This document shows positions 58,560-64,000 of a DNA stretch of 64,000 nucleotides, one piece after another; the stretch's first letter is position 1; each line of letters opens with the position of its first letter. Below the pieces are notes generated by a model. The model did no database searches. It had not been told where the DNA came from and worked only from the letters and a program-made list of their open reading frames with translations. This DNA is from a virus: positions 4,180-68,179 of the IMG/VR virus record IMGVR_UViG_3300007640_000033; one strand, 5' to 3'. A program made the translations under genes and the position numbers.

Positions 58560-60673
58560 TGTCTGCGTTTGATTATTTTATATCGGTAACAGGTGATTGT
58601 TCAAGTACTGGTTCAGGTAGAGTTATTCTTACTTACAATGGGGGTAATCCTCCGTATACATCAGAATGGATTACACCTGACTTAGGACTTGGTGATGAAA
58701 AGAGTGGATTGGCCGCTGGAGATTATCTTGTTAGAGCAATTGATTCGACATATCCTGTAAACCAAGAATTTTACATAAATGTTTTTGTTTCATCAGGTAG
58801 TTGTATTTCTGAAACTGCGTTTACAAATACCACTTGTGGTAATAACAATGGTACCATTTCTGTAACAGCATCCACGCAGAGTCAGGTAAATGATTTTTAT
58901 TTATATGATTCTTCAGATAATTACGTTACTTCAGGTGTTGGTGAAAATAATATAATTACGTTTAGTAATTTATCCGCTGGAACTTATTATGCGGTGGCTC
59001 AAGATATTGGTGGATGTTCAGCACACACTGAATCAATTATTATTGAATCATCCACTAATTTTGATTTTGGGTTTTATGTTGTCAACGACCCCCAATGTGA
59101 TGGAAACGGTGGTAGGTTAATTGTTACGGGATGTACAGGGGCTGCTCCTTTGACATATGCTTGGAGTAATGGATTTACTGGTTCGGCAAATACAGGACTT
59201 ACAGCGGGAAATTACACATGTACAATAACTGATGCCAATGGATGTGTTGTTTCAAAGACGGAGACTGTTTTACCTGTCAACCCTGTTGGATTGGGTTATT
59301 GGTCGGCGGTCACAACCCCATCTTGTTTTGCGGCTGATGGTGAACTTGCCTTAATTATCACTGGTGGTACAGGACCTTATTATTATTCAGGTTCAAACGG
59401 AACCACATTGATTACGTATTCTCAAGTATTTTATTTATCAAATATAACTGCGGGTTCCTATGCTGTTACTGTTACCGATTCGGCATTGTGTGATTTTACA
59501 ACCACAACTTCTATATCACAAGAAGGTGCGTTTGATTCCGTAACCATCAATACTAGAAACTCAGCATGTAGTGAATCTGATGGTCAAATTGCAATCACCC
59601 TATTTGGTGGGTATATCCCTTATGTATATACATTGGTGTACCCTGATTCAAGTACACAAAACATTACTAGTAATTCAGCATCATATACATTTGGTGATTT
59701 GACCTCTGGTGATTATACGGTAATCATTACTAACGATAGTGGATGTGTATATACTCAAGATGTAACAATTATTGCTGAAAATGTTTATGATTTGACAACA
59801 TCAGTAACTGCCAGTACTTGTACTTCATCTAATGGAACGGTTTCTGTTGAAAAATCATCTGGAGGTTTTCCACCTTTTACGTATACATTAGGTGATTTAG
59901 CATATCAAAATACATCATTGAGTGCAGTTACATTTACAAACGTTCCTGTAGGACAACATACGTTATCAGTTTCTGATAGTAGTGGATGTACGGTTACAAA
60001 ACAAATCACTGTACAACAAGGACCTATTCTAAACTTTAGTTTATATTCAACATCATGTGGTAGTGGTGACAGTGGGACAATAACCGCTTTGATTTCAGAT
60101 GGGGTTCCCCCTTTTACTTATACGTGGAGTAATAATGTCTCAGGTAATCCACAACAAATAACTGTTAGTGGACTGAGTGCTGGAACTTATTCATTGACTA
60201 TTGAGGATTCGAGTGGTTGTACTCAAACAAGAAATGTTCAAATAAGTTGTTGTGCGACTTATACGTCTTTTGAATCTTATGAAATGGCAAATCAATCGTT
60301 CCAAGTACAATCACCAACTAAGAGGGGATTGATACAAATGTTGAATGAAGGGTTTGATGATATTGCCTCTGGTAATACAAATTGTAGATTGGTTAGCGCT
60401 GAGTTTATTGGAACCTTATCAGTTCAACCATCGGGTTATACCGCATCTACTTCATTCTATACAGGAACAACATTGGTTGATGTACCATCTGATAATTTAT
60501 GGTATGACGCTATTGAGGATTTATTATTGAGTGTTAATCAAATAATTGAAGTTGATATTGACCCATTAACAAATAGATTGACTTTCAAGTTAGCGCCTGG
60601 TGACACATCACTTACAGGTCAAGAGTTTATAATATCTCTAAAAATAAACTATGAACTATCCTGTGAAAGCTAA
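58559..60673 (+). CDS. SprB-repeat (Ig-like, Cys-paired) fibre or adhesin-like virion protein
   Basis: About seven repeats of C..G.....GG.PPY.Y.W...L.AG.Y...D..GC; ATG at 58559 overlaps the previous stop (TAATG). Confidence 0.75.
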   Translation: MSAFDYFISVTGDCSSTGSGRVILTYNGGNPPYTSEWITPDLGLGDEKSGLAAGDYLVRAIDSTYPVNQEFYINVFVSSGSCISETAFTNTTCGNNNGTISVTASTQSQVNDFYLYDSSDNYVTSGVGENNIITFSNLSAGTYYAVAQDIGGCSAHTESIIIESSTNFDFGFYVVNDPQCDGNGGRLIVTGCTGAAPLTYAWSNGFTGSANTGLTAGNYTCTITDANGCVVSKTETVLPVNPVGLGYWSAVTTPSCFAADGELALIITGGTGPYYYSGSNGTTLITYSQVFYLSNITAGSYAVTVTDSALCDFTTTTSISQEGAFDSVTINTRNSACSESDGQIAITLFGGYIPYVYTLVYPDSSTQNITSNSASYTFGDLTSGDYTVIITNDSGCVYTQDVTIIAENVYDLTTSVTASTCTSSNGTVSVEKSSGGFPPFTYTLGDLAYQNTSLSAVTFTNVPVGQHTLSVSDSSGCTVTKQITVQQGPILNFSLYSTSCGSGDSGTITALISDGVPPFTYTWSNNVSGNPQQITVSGLSAGTYSLTIEDSSGCTQTRNVQISCCATYTSFESYEMANQSFQVQSPTKRGLIQMLNEGFDDIASGNTNCRLVSAEFIGTLSVQPSGYTASTSFYTGTTLVDVPSDNLWYDAIEDLLLSVNQIIEVDIDPLTNRLTFKLAPGDTSLTGQEFIISLKINYELSCES

Positions 60674-61029
60674 TGGGAACTAGAATTGAAATAACGCTTA
60701 TAAATGGGACTGCTCCATTTGATGTTTATATGTCAGATGTATTTGACAATTATAATACATATTTGGGTCAAATTACCGGTGCTGTACCACCAGTCCAATA
60801 CTTTTCACCACCTTCAATATTCAATACCGCACCTTCAGTTAAATTAAAAATTATTGATGCTAATGGGTGTGAATTATTTAAAATATTAGAATGTAGAAAT
60901 GGTTGTGCATTTGATATTACAATAACATTTGAAAGTTGTGTGTTGAATATTGATGTGACAGACCCTTCATGTGCGGTCGATTTTACAATCTATGACCCAG
61001 ACTGTGAATGTGAAATAATTATAGCATAA
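60673..61029 (+). CDS. Small Cys-rich structural protein
   Basis: GTAPFDVY and IIDANGCE (half of an SprB-like unit) plus a C-terminal Cys-spaced repeat. Confidence 0.6.
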   Translation: MGTRIEITLINGTAPFDVYMSDVFDNYNTYLGQITGAVPPVQYFSPPSIFNTAPSVKLKIIDANGCELFKILECRNGCAFDITITFESCVLNIDVTDPSCAVDFTIYDPDCECEIIIA

Positions 61030-61100
61030 AAAAAATACATAGAATTCGATAATAAAAACTACAAAGTATTTGTATTTATATATAAAGTTTATAAAAAAGG

Positions 61101-62858
61101 ATGGCTATTACTTATGATATTATTGTTGTAAACACCTATGCTGGTTGTAATGACACTTCAATCACACAACAAGTTGACATATCGGGATGTTCCCAATCTA
61201 TTATTGTAAGATTAACTTCTGACACAAATGCGTTAGGTCCTTTTGATATTTATACAGGTTCAACTTCAACAACACCTATTGAAACTTCTGTTACAAGAAC
61301 TGAAATGTTTAATGGTGTTGTTATTGAATTGCCAGGTGATGACCCATCAGCTTGTATAACCCCATCTCCAACAGTAACTCCAACAGTAACTCCAACGCCG
61401 TCTGTCACACCAACAGAGGCTTCAGTTTCTACAACTCCTACTCCAACACCAACTGAAACACCAACTGAAACGCCTACACCTACACCATCAGTAACCGCTG
61501 ATGGAACACCTACTCCAACTCCGACACCAACTGAAACTGTCACTCCAACACCATCAGTAACTACAAATGAAACACCAACACCAACTCCTACACCAACTGA
61601 GACAGTAACACCTACGGTTTCTGTAAGTGATACACCAACTCAGACTCCAACTGAAACTCCGACTCAGACTCCGACTCAGACAATAACACCAACACCATCA
61701 GTGACTGCTGGTGAAACACCAACGCCTACACCTACACCAACTGAGACTGTAACACCTACAGTTTCTGTAAGTGATACTCCGACTCAAACTCCAACTGAGA
61801 CTCCGACTCAAACTGTAACACCTACAGTTTCGGTAAGTGACACACCAACTCAAACACCAAGTGAGACTCCGACTCAAACTCCAACGCAGACTCAAACTGT
61901 AACACCTACAGTTTCTGTAAGTGATACTCCGACTCAAACTCCAACTGAGACTCCGACTCAAACTCCGACTCAAACTATAACACCAACAGTTTCAGTGAGT
62001 GATACACCGACACCTACGCCAACTGAAACTTTAACACCGACACCTAGTGTTACACCATCTGTTACACCAACAGTAACTCCAACGGTAACAGCTTCAGTTA
62101 CACCGACAGTAACTCAAACGCCATCAGTAACACCATCGGTTACTGAGACAAATACTCCGACACCATCGGTTACAGCAACAGTTACTCCAACAATTACACC
62201 AACAGTAACTACAACGGTAACTCCAACACCGTCATTTACACCAACACCAAGTGAAACTCCGCCAGCTTTACAGGCGTTGATTTTCATGGAGTCGGGTGAT
62301 GATGCATTATTTAGTGGACCGGCTAATACTGACATTGGTACATATATGTTAGCAAATGCTAGTAGTTGGTTTGGTTTCCAAACTTCAGGAGCACCTAGCT
62401 TCCCGGCAGATATCAATGATTTCTTAATATGGATGGATTGGCCAGGATTTACAGGTGGAACTACAAATGTACCGGCAGTTATTAAAGCAACAATACCACA
62501 ATCAGGTGGTGGAACCGACTCATATGGAAATACAATTGAGGCATATAAGTTCCTTACAACTGAAATTCCAGCTAATAGTACAACGGGTAATGTTTGGTAT
62601 GTTGTATTAGCGCCACTTAGTATGACAAATAACCAAGTATATCAAACAATTGGTATTAATTACGCAAATGCACCGACATCATTGTCTAATATAACAACTG
62701 ATTCAGGAATTAGAGGTTCAAACGTTGTATACACAGGTTCAAATTGGATAAACACAACATATAGAGTTTACACTCAATCACAAAATAATGGATTTAATGT
62801 TGGAGCTGCTGGAGTCACAGATACAACAAATAATTATTTTAGAGGAGGGACTCTTTAA
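61101..62858 (+). CDS. Virion protein with a long Thr-Pro (mucin-like) stalk between two globular domains
   Basis: About 300 aa of TPTPT/TPTET/TVTPT repeats; TATTTAT at 61073-61079. Confidence 0.8.
   Translation: MAITYDIIVVNTYAGCNDTSITQQVDISGCSQSIIVRLTSDTNALGPFDIYTGSTSTTPIETSVTRTEMFNGVVIELPGDDPSACITPSPTVTPTVTPTPSVTPTEASVSTTPTPTPTETPTETPTPTPSVTADGTPTPTPTPTETVTPTPSVTTNETPTPTPTPTETVTPTVSVSDTPTQTPTETPTQTPTQTITPTPSVTAGETPTPTPTPTETVTPTVSVSDTPTQTPTETPTQTVTPTVSVSDTPTQTPSETPTQTPTQTQTVTPTVSVSDTPTQTPTETPTQTPTQTITPTVSVSDTPTPTPTETLTPTPSVTPSVTPTVTPTVTASVTPTVTQTPSVTPSVTETNTPTPSVTATVTPTITPTVTTTVTPTPSFTPTPSETPPALQALIFMESGDDALFSGPANTDIGTYMLANASSWFGFQTSGAPSFPADINDFLIWMDWPGFTGGTTNVPAVIKATIPQSGGGTDSYGNTIEAYKFLTTEIPANSTTGNVWYVVLAPLSMTNNQVYQTIGINYANAPTSLSNITTDSGIRGSNVVYTGSNWINTTYRVYTQSQNNGFNVGAAGVTDTTNNYFRGGTL
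61356..62262 (+). repeat. Coding tandem repeat region (TP-rich; [16 protein letters not shown] unit repeated about five times)
   Basis: Near-identical DNA units such as GTAACACCTACAGTTTCTGTAAGTGATACTCCGACTCAAACT recur. Confidence 0.9.
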
Positions 62859-62888
62859 TCTAATAGTATTTGATATTTATTAACTGAA

Positions 62889-64000
62889 ATGAGTTTCCCA
62901 TATAAAAATCCAACCTCAGGTAATCCTGTAGCTCAACCAGATTCCGTAATTAGGACCGCTACCTATGGTACTAACTTTAGTGTATTAGGTATTGGTGGAT
63001 ATATGGAGGTATGGTCACTAACCGACCTTAATTATTCAACTTTTGGTTCAACGGGTAATATTGAAAATTCAGGAAACACAATCCCTGTTACTTTCTATAA
63101 AAGACCTGTAGCATCAATATCTGATAGACTTACAATTAATTCTGATGGTATTTCTTCAGGTAGAAGAAGAATAGGTATGATGGTTTACGTTCAAGAGAAC
63201 GATACCACATATCAATTACAAATTGATAACTATGAGACTTTATGGGATAATGCCGTAGCTGATGGATGTATAGTAACTGCGGATACATCATATACCATTT
63301 ATAATAGACTAAGTGGTGTTGAAAAGGCATCAGGTCAAGCTCTTATCGAAGCTTGGACAGGTTCAACTGTTGAAGGACAAGGTGGCGTAACAAGAGCAAA
63401 CGCTAGATGGAGAATATTTTGGGGTTCAGATGTTCAAATAACAGGTGGAACTTACAATTCAGGAGCCGAGGAATTAGAATTATATAATAACACTGGTGGT
63501 ACCATAACTATTACAGGATTCACAGGTGGAGCCGCAGGTTCAAGTGGAACTTCAGGTGTTGATGGTTCTTCAGGAACATCGGGAGTAGATGGTTCAAGTG
63601 GCACTTCAGGTGTTGATGGTTCTTCAGGAACATCGGGAGTAGATGGTTCAAGTGGAACTTCAGGTGTTGACGGAACATCTGGAACAAGTGGTTCTTCTGG
63701 TACTAGTGGAGTAGACGGAACATCAGGTACAAGTGGTTCTTCTGGTACTAGTGGAGTAGACGGAACATCTGGAACAAGTGGTTCATCAGGAACTAGCGGA
63801 GTTGACGGAACATCGGGAACATCAGGTAGTTCAGGAACTAGCGGAGTAGACGGAACATCTGGTACAAGTGGTTCTTCAGGAACTTCAGGTGTTGATGGAA
63901 CATCTGGTACAAGTGGTTCTTCAGGAACTTCAGGTGTTGATGGAACATCTGGAACAAGTGGTTCATCAGGAACTTCAGGTGTTGATGGAACATCAGGAAC
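62889..64000 (+). CDS. Fibre protein with collagen-like Gly-X-Y repeats (partial, runs off the window; not in ORF track)
   Basis: ATG at 62889 after TATTTAT (62874-62880); [11 protein letters not shown]...[10 protein letters not shown]...; no stop seen to the window end. Confidence 0.85.
   Translation, partial: MSFPYKNPTSGNPVAQPDSVIRTATYGTNFSVLGIGGYMEVWSLTDLNYSTFGSTGNIENSGNTIPVTFYKRPVASISDRLTINSDGISSGRRRIGMMVYVQENDTTYQLQIDNYETLWDNAVADGCIVTADTSYTIYNRLSGVEKASGQALIEAWTGSTVEGQGGVTRANARWRIFWGSDVQITGGTYNSGAEELELYNNTGGTITITGFTGGAAGSSGTSGVDGSSGTSGVDGSSGTSGVDGSSGTSGVDGSSGTSGVDGTSGTSGSSGTSGVDGTSGTSGSSGTSGVDGTSGTSGSSGTSGVDGTSGTSGSSGTSGVDGTSGTSGSSGTSGVDGTSGTSGSSGTSGVDGTSGTSGSSGTSGVDGTSG
63528..64000 (+). 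repeat. Gly-X-Y tandem repeats (GSSGTSGVD 27-nt units, then [15 protein letters not shown] 45-nt units)
   Basis: Gly at every third codon for about 52 triplets, with no proline. Confidence 0.9.

Noticed and set aside
2821-63330. Many short alternative-frame or antisense ORFs in the track (e.g. 4094-4288, 21032-21358, 24309-24710, 61250-61543, 61698-61973)
   Set aside because: They lie within well-supported genes, show no recognisable motifs, and mirror codon or repeat structure of the real gene.
1-64000. Stop-codon reassignment, as seen in some large phages
   Set aside because: Standard-code ORFs are long and tile the window; TGA and TAG end genes at sensible positions.
61356-64000. CRISPR array or diversity-generating retroelement repeats
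   Set aside because: Repeats are in-frame coding units with synonymous variation and no unique spacers; no reverse transcriptase or cas gene in the window.
1-64000. tRNA or rRNA genes
   Set aside because: Intergenic gaps are short and AT-rich, and I saw no cloverleaf or T-loop motifs in them.

Overview
AT-rich, gene-dense segment of a large contractile-tailed (T4-like/jumbo myovirus) phage genome. The host is very likely Bacteroidota, from TTTG-N20/21-TAnnTTTG promoters, A-rich SD-less translation starts, a Flavobacterium-type class Id RNR and SprB-like repeats. Gene order: glycosyltransferase cluster, family B DNA polymerase, an inverted block (neck protein, Mn-type SOD plus nuclease-like ORF, SNF2 helicase), tail module (gp14/gp15-like, sheath, tube, assembly chaperone, tape measure, giant baseplate hub proteins), replication module (gp32-like SSB, RecA/UvsX, 5'-3' exonuclease, DnaB, NrdB, NrdA), baseplate wedge and fibre genes, then mucin-like and collagen-like Ser/Thr repeat proteins. 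Read directly from the sequence and missing from the ORF track: a +1/-2 frameshift extension of the tail chaperone at TTT-TTT-CGC, a 53-aa ribbon-helix-helix gene with an operator-like repeat, a probable SOD-nuclease fusion broken by one base, a recurring TATTTAT promoter-like motif, apparent avoidance of GATC, and a recurring [S/T]-G-x-[S/T] motif in virion proteins. That motif, together with the glycosyltransferases, suggests a phage-encoded virion glycosylation system (inference). All functional calls come from motif recognition by eye; no database searches were run.
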